In this document: in pieces, positions 1 through 8,750 of the stretch | Layout: each line of letters begins with the position of its first letter | How positions within the stretch are numbered: position 1 is the first letter of the stretch | Source: an uncultured Myxococcales bacterium | GTDB taxonomy: Bacteria; Myxococcota; UBA4151 | Direction: 5' to 3' | Length of the DNA stretch: 42,634 nt | Assembly: GCA_964013405.1 (NCBI GenBank) | Contig: CAXGWI010000016.1 | Span: 1 to 42,634 of the forward strand | Made by a program: the position numbers and the translations under genes | The notes under the pieces: model-generated | What the model was told of the DNA's origin: nothing | The model's database searches: none | The model's input: the letters and a program-made list of their open reading frames with translations, nothing else

Positions 1-53
1 GCGAGGGTGGTCGGACCATCGGCTCCGGTCGTGTGGCTGAGATTCTCGACTGA
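1..53 (+). CDS. tuf: Elongation factor Tu, C-terminal fragment (partial, runs off the window start)
   Basis: Manual translation from nt 3 gives [16 protein letters not shown], the EF-Tu C-terminal signature (REGGRTVGAG); lies directly upstream of rpsJ. Confidence 0.93.
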   Translation, partial: EGGRTIGSGRVAEILD

Positions 54-79
54 TTACGAAGAGACCGAGGGTAAGAACC

Positions 80-388
80 ATGGCCTTGAATCGCATTCGC
101 ATCCGGCTTCGTGCTTACGATGCTCGTCTTTTGGACAAGTCCACTCAGGAAATCGTGGACACAGTCCAGCGTTCGGGGGCCCAGGTTGCCGGACCCATTC
201 CTTTGCCGACGCGTATTTCGCGCTACACGGTGCTTCGCAGTCCCCATGTGAACAAGAAGAGCCGTGAACAGTTCGAAATCCGGACGCACAAGCGCCTTCT
301 CGACATTCTCGAGCCTTCCCAGCAGACGCTGGACGCGCTCATGAAGCTCGAGTTGGCTGCGGGTGTCCACGTCGAGATGAAGAGCTAG
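80..388 (+). CDS. rpsJ: 30S ribosomal protein S10
   Basis: [10 protein letters not shown]...GPIPLPT...[21 protein letters not shown] motifs. Confidence 0.99.
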   Translation: MALNRIRIRLRAYDARLLDKSTQEIVDTVQRSGAQVAGPIPLPTRISRYTVLRSPHVNKKSREQFEIRTHKRLLDILEPSQQTLDALMKLELAAGVHVEMKS

Positions 389-397
389 GAGGCCCAG

Positions 398-1018
398 ATG
401 GCCAAGTTCGATGTAATCAACACCGCCGGGGATGTGGTCGGTAGCGCTGAGGCGCCTGACAGCATCTTCGCCGCTGAGGTCAAAGAGCACCTCCACTGGG
501 AGGTGGTTCGTTGGCAGGAAGCCAAGGCCCGGGCTGGCACGCACAAGGTGAAGACCAAGGGCGAGGTTCGTGGTGGTGGTCGTAAGCCGTGGAGCCAGAA
601 GGGTACGGGTAACGCCCGGGCTGGCTCAAGTCGCTCCCCGCTTTGGGTTGGCGGTGGCACGGTTCATGGTCCGACGCCTCGGGATTATGGCTTTTCCGTC
701 AATAAAAAGGTTCGCCGCACTGCCCTTTGCTCCGCTTTGAGTCAGAAGGCTCAGGCCCAGCAGATCAAGGTGGTGAAGTCCTTCGAGTTGAGTGAGCCGA
801 AGACTCGGGTCATGGCAGACATTCTCCAGACCTTGGGTGGTGGTAAGACGCTCATCGTCGCCGAGAGCGAAGATGCCTTTGTCGCGATCAGTGCACGCAA
901 TCTGCCCGGTGTGACGACGCTGCCTGCCATCGGGCTGAATGTTCGAGATGTTCTCAATCATGGGACCCTCCTCGTCACTGAGGAGGCTCTCAAGGCTGTG
1001 GAAAGGAGGCTCGCATGA
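398..1018 (+). CDS. rplD: 50S ribosomal protein L4
   Basis: GTHKVKTKGEVRGGGRKPWSQKGTGNARAGSSRSPLWVGGG; RBS AGGAGG at 387-392. Confidence 0.98.
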   Translation: MAKFDVINTAGDVVGSAEAPDSIFAAEVKEHLHWEVVRWQEAKARAGTHKVKTKGEVRGGGRKPWSQKGTGNARAGSSRSPLWVGGGTVHGPTPRDYGFSVNKKVRRTALCSALSQKAQAQQIKVVKSFELSEPKTRVMADILQTLGGGKTLIVAESEDAFVAISARNLPGVTTLPAIGLNVRDVLNHGTLLVTEEALKAVERRLA

Positions 1019-1335
1019 GCGCACTTCTACGACTGATTGAGAAGCCGATCGTCAGCGAGAAGGCTGAGCTTCTCCGCGATTCGACCGACACTTACACTTT
1101 TGCGGTTGCGATCGACGCCAACAAGCGGCAAATCGCCGCCGCCGTGAAGGCTGCCTTCGATGTCGAGGTGATCGACGTTCGGACGAGCATCGTTCGCGGT
1201 AAGACCCGGCGAATGGGTGGAGTGACCGGTCGCCGAAAGAATTGGAAGAAGGCCTACGTCCGAGTGGCGGATGGTCAGATCATCGAAGCCCTGGAGCCCG
1301 TCGAGGAGATCCCGGACTTCGAGGAAGAGAACTAG
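1015..1335 (+). CDS. rplW: 50S ribosomal protein L23 (with acidic C-terminal tail)
   Basis: PIVSEKA...ANKRQIAAAV...KNWKKAYV; ATGA overlap with rplD. Confidence 0.97.
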   Translation: MSALLRLIEKPIVSEKAELLRDSTDTYTFAVAIDANKRQIAAAVKAAFDVEVIDVRTSIVRGKTRRMGGVTGRRKNWKKAYVRVADGQIIEALEPVEEIPDFEEEN

Positions 1336-1340
1336 AAGAG

Positions 1341-1430
1341 ATCGCTCCGATCCTCGCCGTTACTGGGGATTGGGGATGAGCTGGGGAACATACCGTCGGT
1401 AGCCGAGAACCCCCTCCCAGCTGGGGAACT
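1341..1430 (+). promoter_or_regulatory. Putative structured cis-regulatory RNA (two hairpins) in the rplW-rplB spacer
   Basis: Stem 1345-1356/1364-1375 (12 bp, 4 G-U pairs); stem 1379-1386/1415-1422 with inner hairpin TCGG-TAG-CCGA (1396-1406); AGCTGGGGAAC repeated at 1379 and 1419. Confidence 0.45.
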
Positions 1431-1450
1431 AAGGCTACGAGGAGGTGCCA

Positions 1451-2272
1451 ATGGGCATCAGAACCTATCGGCCCACAAGTCCGGGCCTACGTCAACGCAA
1501 GACCGAAGATTTTGCGGACGTTACCAAGTCGACCCCCGAGAAGAGTTTGCTCGTCAAGCGGAGCGCCAAAGGCGGCCGCAATAACAACGGGCGAATCACG
1601 GTGCGTCGTCGCGGTGGCGGTCACAAGCGTCGCTTGCGCAAGGTGGATTTCCGTCGCGAGAAAATCGGTGTCCCTGCCAAGGTGGCGGGCATTGAGTACG
1701 ATCCGGGGCGCAGCGCTCGGATTGCGCTGTTGCATTATCTGGACGGCGAGAAGCGTTACATCCTCGCTCCCATCGGCCTTCAAGTGGGGCAGATGGTGGT
1801 CTCGGATGACAGCGCAGACATCCTTCCCGGCAACCACCTGACGATCAAGGCGATCCCCCTGGGGACCTTGATTCATAACATTGAGCTTCGTCCTGGAAAG
1901 GGCGGCCAGATGGTGCGCTCTGCGGGCACCGCAGCCCGGTTGATGGCGAAGGAAGGGCGTTACGCTCAGGTTCGCCTCCCCAGCGGTGAGCAGCGCATGG
2001 TGCTGATGACCTGCAAGGCCACCATTGGTCAGGTCGGTAACCAGCAGCACGAAAACCAGACCGTCGGCAAAGCCGGTGCCAGTCGCTGGAAGGGTCGTCG
2101 TCCCAAGGTTCGTGGTGTTGCCATGAACCCGGTCGATCACCCCCACGGTGGTGGTGAAGGTCGGACTTCGGGTGGTCGGCATCCGGTCACGCCGTGGGGT
2201 GTTCCCACCCGTGGTCACAAGACTCGTAAAAACAAGCGCACTGACAAGTTCATCGTGCGCCGTCGTAAGTAG
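1451..2272 (+). CDS. rplB: 50S ribosomal protein L2
   Basis: [42 protein letters not shown] 1451 follows GAGGAGG. Confidence 0.99.
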   Translation: MGIRTYRPTSPGLRQRKTEDFADVTKSTPEKSLLVKRSAKGGRNNNGRITVRRRGGGHKRRLRKVDFRREKIGVPAKVAGIEYDPGRSARIALLHYLDGEKRYILAPIGLQVGQMVVSDDSADILPGNHLTIKAIPLGTLIHNIELRPGKGGQMVRSAGTAARLMAKEGRYAQVRLPSGEQRMVLMTCKATIGQVGNQQHENQTVGKAGASRWKGRRPKVRGVAMNPVDHPHGGGEGRTSGGRHPVTPWGVPTRGHKTRKNKRTDKFIVRRRK

Positions 2273-2285
2273 GAGGGGTTAAGTC

Positions 2286-2555
2286 ATGCCTCGCAGTCTT
2301 AAGAAAGGCCCCTTCGTCGATGGTCATCTGATGAAGAAGGCGGTTGTTGCAAAGGAAGCCGGTGATCGGAAGGTCATTAAGACTTGGAGCCGTCGCTCCA
2401 TGATCGTACCGGAGTTCGTTGGTCTGACGTTTGCCGTCCATAACGGCAAGCAGTTCGTCCCCGTGTTCGTCACCGAGAACATGGTGGGTCACAAGCTGGG
2501 CGAGTTTTCGCCCACCCGCACTTATCACGGCCATATGGCCGATAAGCGCCGCTAG
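2286..2555 (+). CDS. rpsS: 30S ribosomal protein S19
   Basis: [12 protein letters not shown]...IKTWSRRS...[13 protein letters not shown]. Confidence 0.99.
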   Translation: MPRSLKKGPFVDGHLMKKAVVAKEAGDRKVIKTWSRRSMIVPEFVGLTFAVHNGKQFVPVFVTENMVGHKLGEFSPTRTYHGHMADKRR

Positions 2556-2568
2556 GGGGTAGGGAACA

Positions 2569-2991
2569 ATGGCTCTCGAAAAGAACGCTGAATCCCGCCG
2601 GACGAAGAAGAGCGAACGGGCTCGGATTCGTAAGGAAGCGAAAAAGGAACGTCCCCGTGCGGTGCTGCGCAATCATGCGGCCAGCGCGCGGAAGGTCCGT
2701 CTTGTTGTGGATTTGATCCGGGGTCAGGACGTGGTCACCGCCGTGCGCACGCTGGCATTTTGCCAGAAGGGTGCGGCCCAGCCTGTCCTTAAGTTGCTCC
2801 GGTCGGCCATCGCCAATGCCGATGACTTGGGCTTCGATGCGGAGTCCATGGTGGTCGCTGAGGCTTTCGTCGATGAAGGTCGCACCATGCGTCGTTGGCG
2901 CCCCCGAGCCCGAGGGCGGGCGACGCGGATTCGCAAGCGGAGTTGTCACACCACCATCATTCTCGGCGAGCCCGCCGAGGCTGGGGAGTAA
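2569..2991 (+). CDS. rplV: 50S ribosomal protein L22 (basic N-terminal extension)
   Basis: SARKVRLVVDLIRG...RPRARGRATRIRKRSCH. Confidence 0.97.
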   Translation: MALEKNAESRRTKKSERARIRKEAKKERPRAVLRNHAASARKVRLVVDLIRGQDVVTAVRTLAFCQKGAAQPVLKLLRSAIANADDLGFDAESMVVAEAFVDEGRTMRRWRPRARGRATRIRKRSCHTTIILGEPAEAGE

Positions 2992-2994
2992 GTC

Positions 2995-3657
2995 ATGGGT
3001 CAGAAGGTACAGCCGAAGGGCTTCCGTCTCGGGATTGTCGCCAATCACGACTCCCGCTGGTACGCGGGTAAGAACTACGCGGAGTGGCTCCACGAGGACA
3101 TCGCGCTGCGGGATTACGTTCGTAAGGAACTGCCGAACGCCATGGTGAGCCGGATTGAAATCGAGCGACTGCGTGAGCGGATTACGATGTTGATCCACTC
3201 CGGCCGCCCGGGCAGCATCATTGGTAAGCGTGGTGCTGGGATCGAGGAACTTGAGGGGAAGCTGCAGAAGTTAACCCAGTCCAAGATCAGCTTGAAGATT
3301 ATCGAAGTGCGTCGGCCTGAATTAGACGCAGCGCTCGTTGCTGAGTCCATCGCTCGGCAGTTAGAGGCTCGTGTGGCCTTCCGGCGGGCGATGAAGCGCA
3401 CCGTTCAGACCACGATGAAGTTCGGCGCCAAGGGCGTCCGGATCGCCTGTTCTGGTCGCCTCGGCGGTGCCGATATGGGTCGCTACGAGTGGTACCTCGA
3501 TGGTCGTGTTCCCCTGCATACGCTCCGGGCCGACATCGACTATGGGACCCATGTCGCCCGCACGACCTACGGTGCGATCGGCATCAAGGTTTGGATTTAT
3601 AAGGGTGAGATTCTTCCCGAGCGCAACGTGGACCGTCGGTTCCCGGCTGCGCGCTAG
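2995..3657 (+). CDS. rpsC: 30S ribosomal protein S3
   Basis: [13 protein letters not shown]...[14 protein letters not shown]...[10 protein letters not shown]. Confidence 0.99.
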   Translation: MGQKVQPKGFRLGIVANHDSRWYAGKNYAEWLHEDIALRDYVRKELPNAMVSRIEIERLRERITMLIHSGRPGSIIGKRGAGIEELEGKLQKLTQSKISLKIIEVRRPELDAALVAESIARQLEARVAFRRAMKRTVQTTMKFGAKGVRIACSGRLGGADMGRYEWYLDGRVPLHTLRADIDYGTHVARTTYGAIGIKVWIYKGEILPERNVDRRFPAAR

Positions 3658-3682
3658 CGACTGAGGAAGAGAGGAAAAGAAA

Positions 3683-4099
3683 ATGCTGCTTCCGAAGCGA
3701 GTTAAGTACCGTAAGATGCACCGTCTGGGCATCAAAGGCCGGGCCACCCGTGGCGTGAACGTCTCTTTTGGTGAGTTTGGTCTGCAGGCCTTGGGGCCCG
3801 GTCGACTGACGAGCCGTCAAATTGAGGCTGCTCGTATTGCCATGACCCGCCACATTAAGCGTCAGGGTAACATCTGGATCCGGGTCTTTCCGGACCGGGC
3901 CATCACCAAGAAGCCCCTCGAGGTTCGAATGGGTAAAGGTAAGGGCGGTGTCGATCACTGGGTTGCCCAGGTCAAAGCCGGTTCCATGCTTTACGAAATG
4001 GATGGTGTGGATCGTGAGTTGGCGAAAGAGGCGATGCGCCTGGCGAGCTCCAAGTTGCCTATCCCCACGCGCTTTGTCGTGCGTGACGAGGAGATTTAG
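3683..4099 (+). CDS. rplP: 50S ribosomal protein L16
   Basis: [11 protein letters not shown]...RQIEAARIA...RMGKGKG. Confidence 0.99.
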   Translation: MLLPKRVKYRKMHRLGIKGRATRGVNVSFGEFGLQALGPGRLTSRQIEAARIAMTRHIKRQGNIWIRVFPDRAITKKPLEVRMGKGKGGVDHWVAQVKAGSMLYEMDGVDRELAKEAMRLASSKLPIPTRFVVRDEEI

Positions 4100-4101
4100 T
4101 C

Positions 4102-4293
4102 ATGCAGAGTCGTGAGTTGCGTGAGTTGAGCACTGAAGATCTCAGCGGTCGGGTCGAGGAGTTGGAGCGGAACTACTTTCAGCTTCGTCTCGATCATGCA
4201 GCGGGAGCGCTTCAAGATACGGCGAGTCTGACCCGGACCCGACGTGAGATCGCTCGAGTGAAAACCATTCTGTCTGAGAAGCTGGCCTCCTAG
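4102..4293 (+). CDS. rpmC: 50S ribosomal protein L29
   Basis: ELRELS...RREIARVKT; position between rplP and rpsQ. Confidence 0.96.
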   Translation: MQSRELRELSTEDLSGRVEELERNYFQLRLDHAAGALQDTASLTRTRREIARVKTILSEKLAS

Positions 4294-4313
4294 GCCCTCG
4301 TAAGGTGAGAAAG

Positions 4314-4571
4314 ATGAAAGAACGTCCGAATCCAAGGTCTCGTATCGGAACCGTGCGTAGCAGTAAGATGGACAAGACCGCCGTTGTCGAGGTGGTGCGG
4401 AGCTTTAAGCACCCCGTCTACGGCAAGTATGTCCGGCGCCGTGTGCGGTACCAGGCCCATGATGAGAACAACAGTTGTGCTGAAGGTGACCAGGTCCGGA
4501 TCATCGCATGCCGGCCCTTGAGCCGGAAGAAGCGGTGGCGAGTCGCCGAGACGCTGCGCAAGGCTCAATAA
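4314..4571 (+). CDS. rpsQ: 30S ribosomal protein S17
   Basis: GTVRSSKMDKTAVV...HPVYGKYV...AHDENN...RPLSRKKRW; ATG 4314 (alternative GTG 4305). Confidence 0.97.
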   Translation: MKERPNPRSRIGTVRSSKMDKTAVVEVVRSFKHPVYGKYVRRRVRYQAHDENNSCAEGDQVRIIACRPLSRKKRWRVAETLRKAQ

Positions 4572-4595
4572 AAGCCCTGCAGGAAAGGTAGTACG

Positions 4596-4964
4596 ATGAT
4601 TCAGATGCAGTCCATGTTGGATGTTGCCGATAACAGTGGCGCCAAGAAGGTCATGTGCCTCAAGGTGCTCGGCGGCTCCAAGCGTCGCTACGCATCGGTG
4701 GGCGACATCATTGTGGTGTCGGTGAAAGAAGCTCAGCCCCACGGGCGGGTGAAGAAGGGGCAGGTGACTCGGGCCGTTGTGGTTCGCACGGCTTACCCGA
4801 TCCATCGTCCAGATGGTTCCCTGATCCGCTTCGATACCAATTCGGCAGTGATCCTGAACAAAGAACATGAGCCCATCGGCACCCGAATCTTCGGGCCGGT
4901 GGCCCGGGAACTCCGGGGACGGAACTTCATGAAGATCGTCTCCCTTGCTCCCGAGGTGCTTTAA
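4596..4964 (+). CDS. rplN: 50S ribosomal protein L14
   Basis: [17 protein letters not shown]...[13 protein letters not shown]...SLAPEVL. Confidence 0.99.
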   Translation: MIQMQSMLDVADNSGAKKVMCLKVLGGSKRRYASVGDIIVVSVKEAQPHGRVKKGQVTRAVVVRTAYPIHRPDGSLIRFDTNSAVILNKEHEPIGTRIFGPVARELRGRNFMKIVSLAPEVL

Positions 4965-4971
4965 GGAGGCC

Positions 4972-5304
4972 ATGATGAAACGCAAAATCCATAAAGGCGA
5001 TACCGTCAAAGTGATTACCGGCAGCGACAAAGGTGTCGTCGGTGAGGTGCTTGAGGTCTTTCCCGCCGAAGGCAAGATTCGGGTCGAAGGTGTCCGCTCG
5101 CAGAAGCGTCATCTGAAGCCTGGTCGGTCCATGCTGCACCAGGACGGTGGCATCGTGGAGAAGCTGGGCAAGATCGATATTTCCAATGTCATGTTCTACA
5201 CCGAAGAGCTCGGTGGCGTTCGTGTGGGTCGCTCGACCTCCGATGAGGGACGGCGGCAGCGGGAAGCTCGTGGCAGACGCCACGGCGGTACAGTGATCGA
5301 TTAG
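4972..5304 (+). CDS. rplX: 50S ribosomal protein L24
   Basis: KIHKGDTVKVITGSDKG KOW motif, ISNVM; RBS AAGGAGG at 4963-4969 (start 4972 or 4975). Confidence 0.96.
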   Translation: MMKRKIHKGDTVKVITGSDKGVVGEVLEVFPAEGKIRVEGVRSQKRHLKPGRSMLHQDGGIVEKLGKIDISNVMFYTEELGGVRVGRSTSDEGRRQREARGRRHGGTVID

Positions 5305-5365
5305 GTAACAATGAACCTGGGCGTCGCCTCATAGGAACGGGCGGTCCAACGCTGAGGAAGGAAAC

Positions 5366-5920
5366 ATGCAGAATCCAAGGTTAAAGACAAAGTTTCAGGA
5401 CGACATCGCGCCGGCCCTGATGGAGACGTTTGGTTACGCCAACGTTCATCAGATCCCTGGTGTCGAGAAAGTCGTTGTGAACATCGGGCTGGGTCGAGAA
5501 GTGGCCCAGCATAAGAACACCAAGGTGCTTGAGAGCGCACAAGAGGAGTTGGCAACGATTTGTGGTCAACGGCCGGTGCTGACTCGGGCGAAGCGCTCCA
5601 TCGCTGGCTTCAAGCTGCGCGAGGGCATGGCGATCGGCTGCAGCGTGACGCTGCGTCGTCGCAAGATGTGGGAGTTCCTCGACCGCCTCATCAACGTGGC
5701 GCTGCCGCGGGTGCGTGACTTTCGGGGGCTCTCTGCGAAGGCCTTCGATGGTCGAGGGAACTACACCTTGGGCATCAAGGAGCAGATTATCTTCCCGGAG
5801 ATCGACTACGATAAGGTCGACAAGATCAAAGGGATGAACATTACCATCGTTACCAGCGCCGAGACGGATGAGGAAGGTCGTAAGCTCCTTCGTCTCCTCG
5901 GCATGCCCTTGCGCAAGTAG
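5366..5920 (+). CDS. rplE: 50S ribosomal protein L5
   Basis: [10 protein letters not shown]...[11 protein letters not shown]...[20 protein letters not shown]. Confidence 0.99.
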   Translation: MQNPRLKTKFQDDIAPALMETFGYANVHQIPGVEKVVVNIGLGREVAQHKNTKVLESAQEELATICGQRPVLTRAKRSIAGFKLREGMAIGCSVTLRRRKMWEFLDRLINVALPRVRDFRGLSAKAFDGRGNYTLGIKEQIIFPEIDYDKVDKIKGMNITIVTSAETDEEGRKLLRLLGMPLRK

Positions 5921-5929
5921 GAGTACACC

Positions 5930-6115
5930 GTGAGCAAGAAGGTTGATCTCGTCAACATTGACAAGAAGCAGAAGTTCGCTGTTCGGCACCGTAACCGCTG
6001 CCGAATCTGCGGTCGCTCCCGTGGCTACCTGCGCAAGTTTGATATGTGTCGCTGCTGTTTCCGTGAGCGCGCCCTCAAGGGAGAGATCCCGGGCGTGGTC
6101 AAGGCTAGCTGGTAA
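5930..6115 (+). CDS. rpsN: 30S ribosomal protein S14, short zinc-binding (type Z) form
   Basis: 61 aa; RCRICGR...CRCCFRE...[11 protein letters not shown]. Confidence 0.96.
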   Translation: MSKKVDLVNIDKKQKFAVRHRNRCRICGRSRGYLRKFDMCRCCFRERALKGEIPGVVKASW

Positions 6116-6126
6116 AGGGAGGTATC

Positions 6127-6531
6127 ATGGTTATTAATGATCCCATCGCCGATATGCTGACTCGGATTAGAAACGCGATCATGGCTCGCCATAATTCGCT
6201 GACCATCCCGGGTAGCAAAATCAAGAAGTCCATCGCCGAGATCCTTCAGCAGGAGGGCTATATCAGCCGTACCGACTGGACGGCCCCGAGTGCTGGGAAT
6301 CCGCAAGGAAGCATCGATATTCGTCTCAAGTGGGACGGGCAGGACAGCGTTATCGATGGTCTTAAGCGGATCTCGAAGCCGGGACGGCGTATTTACGTAG
6401 GGCATAGCGATTTGCCGAAGGTCCGCAACGGCCTGGGTATCGCAATCCTCTCCACCTCCAGCGGCGTGATGACCGAGAAGTCGGCACGCAACGCAGGGAT
6501 CGGTGGCGAGGTGCTCTGCGAGATCTGGTAG
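6127..6531 (+). CDS. rpsH: 30S ribosomal protein S8
   Basis: DPIADMLTRIRNA...RISKPGRRIY...GGEVLCEIW. Confidence 0.99.
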   Translation: MVINDPIADMLTRIRNAIMARHNSLTIPGSKIKKSIAEILQQEGYISRTDWTAPSAGNPQGSIDIRLKWDGQDSVIDGLKRISKPGRRIYVGHSDLPKVRNGLGIAILSTSSGVMTEKSARNAGIGGEVLCEIW

Positions 6532-6541
6532 GAGGCCAAAG

Positions 6542-7102
6542 ATGTCGAACGCAGTTGAACGCAGTTCCCGAGTGGGTCGGTCGCCGGTCGCGCTCATCGA
6601 AGGTGTGACGGTCGAGATTTCGGGACAGGATATGAAGGTCACGGGACCCAAGGGAAGCCTTGAGATCACCGTGGTTGAAGGTATTTCGGTCGCTCAGGAA
6701 GATGGCAAGTTGCTGGTGAGCGCTAGCGATTCCGACCGACGGACCCGCGGTTTGCATGGCATGACTCGCAGCCTGCTGCAGAACATGGTGGATGGCGTCT
6801 CGAAGGGCTTCCAAAAGGATCTGGAAGTCAAGGGCGTTGGCTATCGTGCTCAGGTCAAAGGGACGGATCTCGTCCTTTATCTCGGTCGCTCCCACGAGGA
6901 TGTTTTTAACATCCCCGCTGGTATTAAGATCGAGGTCGGTAAGGATCAGCGGAACATCTCGATCACTGGCATTGATCGCCAGTTGGTGGGTGAGGTGGCT
7001 GCGTCCATCCGTGCCCTGCGCCCGCCGGAGCCCTACAAGGGCAAGGGCGTGCGCTACGTTGGTGAGTATGTCCGGATGAAGGAAGGCAAGGCCGGGAAGT
7101 AA
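6542..7102 (+). CDS. rplF: 50S ribosomal protein L6
   Basis: GPKGSL...GVGYRA...[16 protein letters not shown] 6542 follows AGGAGG. Confidence 0.98.
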   Translation: MSNAVERSSRVGRSPVALIEGVTVEISGQDMKVTGPKGSLEITVVEGISVAQEDGKLLVSASDSDRRTRGLHGMTRSLLQNMVDGVSKGFQKDLEVKGVGYRAQVKGTDLVLYLGRSHEDVFNIPAGIKIEVGKDQRNISITGIDRQLVGEVAASIRALRPPEPYKGKGVRYVGEYVRMKEGKAGK

Positions 7103-7137
7103 CGGCCCGCCGTAATGCGGCGAAATTTCAGGAGGCT

Positions 7138-7494
7138 ATGATGGCCAAGCGAAGCAAAAGAGAAGCAAGATTACGTCGCCAGCGTCGTGTGCGCCGGCGA
7201 GTGGTGGGAACCGCTGAGCGGCCCCGGCTCTGCGTGTTCCGCAGTGCAAAGCACATTTACGCACAGGTCATCGATGACCAGACCGGTTCGACCCTGGCCT
7301 CAGCGAGTACGCTGACGGTGAAGTCGGAAGAAGGCGCCAAGGTGGGTGCTGCGAAAGCGGTCGGCCAAGCGGTGGCAGAGGCGGCGAAGAAGGCTGGGGT
7401 CAACCAGGTCATCTTCGATCGCAACGGTTTCCTTTATCATGGGCGGATCGCTGCGGTCGCCGAGGGAGCCCGCGCTGCCGGGCTCGAGTTCTAG
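7138..7494 (+). CDS. rplR: 50S ribosomal protein L18
   Basis: [24 protein letters not shown]...[12 protein letters not shown]. Confidence 0.98.
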   Translation: MMAKRSKREARLRRQRRVRRRVVGTAERPRLCVFRSAKHIYAQVIDDQTGSTLASASTLTVKSEEGAKVGAAKAVGQAVAEAAKKAGVNQVIFDRNGFLYHGRIAAVAEGARAAGLEF

Positions 7495-7501
7495 GAGTTC
7501 G

Positions 7502-8002
7502 ATGATGAGCAAGCAGATTAGTGAGCAGGACCTCGAGGACAAGGTGATTCACCTCAATCGGGTGGCGAAGGTGGTCAAAGGTGGCCGTCGCTTTGCCTTC
7601 AGTGCCTTGGTTGCCGTGGGTGATGGCAAGGGGAACGTGGGGGTCGGACTCGGCAAGGCCCGTGAGGTGCCTGATGCGATTCGCAAGGGAACGGAACGGG
7701 CTCGCCGCAATATGGTTGTCGTCCCGATTGAGGATGGAACGATTCCCCACGAGGTCCTTGGTCATGCCGGCGCCGGTCGGGTGATGCTGCGTCCTGCGGG
7801 CGCTGGTACCGGTGTGATCGCTGGTAGTGGGATTCGTGCGGTGATGGAGTTGGCCGGCGTGCAGAACGTCATCACCAAGTGCATCGGCAGCAACAACCCG
7901 AACAACATGATCCGCGCGACGATGGATGCGATCGGTCAGCTCCGCAGTGCGGATGAGGTGGCCCGTCGGCGGGGTAAGACCGTCGAAGAAATTCGTGGTT
8001 AA
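7502..8002 (+). CDS. rpsE: 30S ribosomal protein S5
   Basis: [19 protein letters not shown]...GTGVIAG; start at ATG 7502 or 7505. Confidence 0.98.
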   Translation: MMSKQISEQDLEDKVIHLNRVAKVVKGGRRFAFSALVAVGDGKGNVGVGLGKAREVPDAIRKGTERARRNMVVVPIEDGTIPHEVLGHAGAGRVMLRPAGAGTGVIAGSGIRAVMELAGVQNVITKCIGSNNPNNMIRATMDAIGQLRSADEVARRRGKTVEEIRG

Positions 8003-8012
8003 GGAAAACACC

Positions 8013-8192
8013 ATGCTCCGAGTAACACAGAAGAAAAGCTTGATCGGCCGGACCCAGCGTCAGCGCCAGTGCGTCAAGGCTCTTGGCCTTCGGCGTATCG
8101 GCCACACGGTCGACGTCCCCAATAACCCCTCGACCCGAGGGCTCGTCTTTAAGGTGCAGCACTTGGTCGATGTGGAGGTTGTGGAAGCCTAG
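8013..8192 (+). CDS. rpmD: 50S ribosomal protein L30
   Basis: [12 protein letters not shown]...[11 protein letters not shown]...KVQHLV. Confidence 0.96.
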   Translation: MLRVTQKKSLIGRTQRQRQCVKALGLRRIGHTVDVPNNPSTRGLVFKVQHLVDVEVVEA

Positions 8193-8244
8193 CTTCCCGA
8201 CCCGATCCGAGTCGGGGCCAGGGCCTCGGCGTAAGGAGAAAGCA

Positions 8245-8739
8245 ATGTCTCAACTCAAACCTCATGCAGGCTCCCAGTCTGCTCGTCGCCGGGTAGGCAG
8301 GGGCTCGGGCTCCGGTCACGGTAAGACCTCCGGCCGTGGTCACAAGGGTCAAAAGGCCCGTAAGAGTGGTCACGTTCGCCGTGGCTTCGAAGGTGGCCAA
8401 ATGCCTTTGATTCGCCGCCTGGCGAAGCGGGGCTTCAACAACAAGTGGCGGACCGAAGTCGACGTGGTCAATGTGGGCGCTTTGGCTGCGGCCGAGTTCC
8501 AGGCTGGCTCCGAGGTAACGCTGGCAGCGCTCGCTGCGGCGGGCTTGATCCCGAACCTCGTGCCGAGAAACCGGCGCGAGGACGGCGAGAAAACTGTGGA
8601 GTTCGTGAGCCGGCGGCCTGTGAAACTGCTCGGACAGGGCAGCATCGATGTGGCCCTGACCGTTTCTGTTCACCGCTGCTCTAAGAGCGCACAGGCTGCG
8701 ATCGAAGCAGCCGGTGGAACCATCAACCTGCTCAGCTAG
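8245..8739 (+). CDS. rplO: 50S ribosomal protein L15 (with internal insertion)
   Basis: RVGRGSGSGHGKTSGRGHKGQKAR...GFEGGQMPL; ATG 8245 follows AAGGAG. Confidence 0.98.
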   Translation: MSQLKPHAGSQSARRRVGRGSGSGHGKTSGRGHKGQKARKSGHVRRGFEGGQMPLIRRLAKRGFNNKWRTEVDVVNVGALAAAEFQAGSEVTLAALAAAGLIPNLVPRNRREDGEKTVEFVSRRPVKLLGQGSIDVALTVSVHRCSKSAQAAIEAAGGTINLLS

Positions 8740-8750
8740 GTCCGGGGGCT

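Noticed and set aside
1365..1426. G-quadruplex from four GGGG tracts
   Set aside because: The fourth tract is 36 nt away and the tracts are better explained by hairpin pairing; kept only as part of the structured-RNA finding
7103..8230. Small hairpins in the rplF-rplR spacer (CGCCG-TAATG-CGGCG) and the rpmD-rplO spacer (CCCGAC...GTCGGG)
   Set aside because: Short GC stems without U-tracts; expected by chance or as generic mRNA stabilisers
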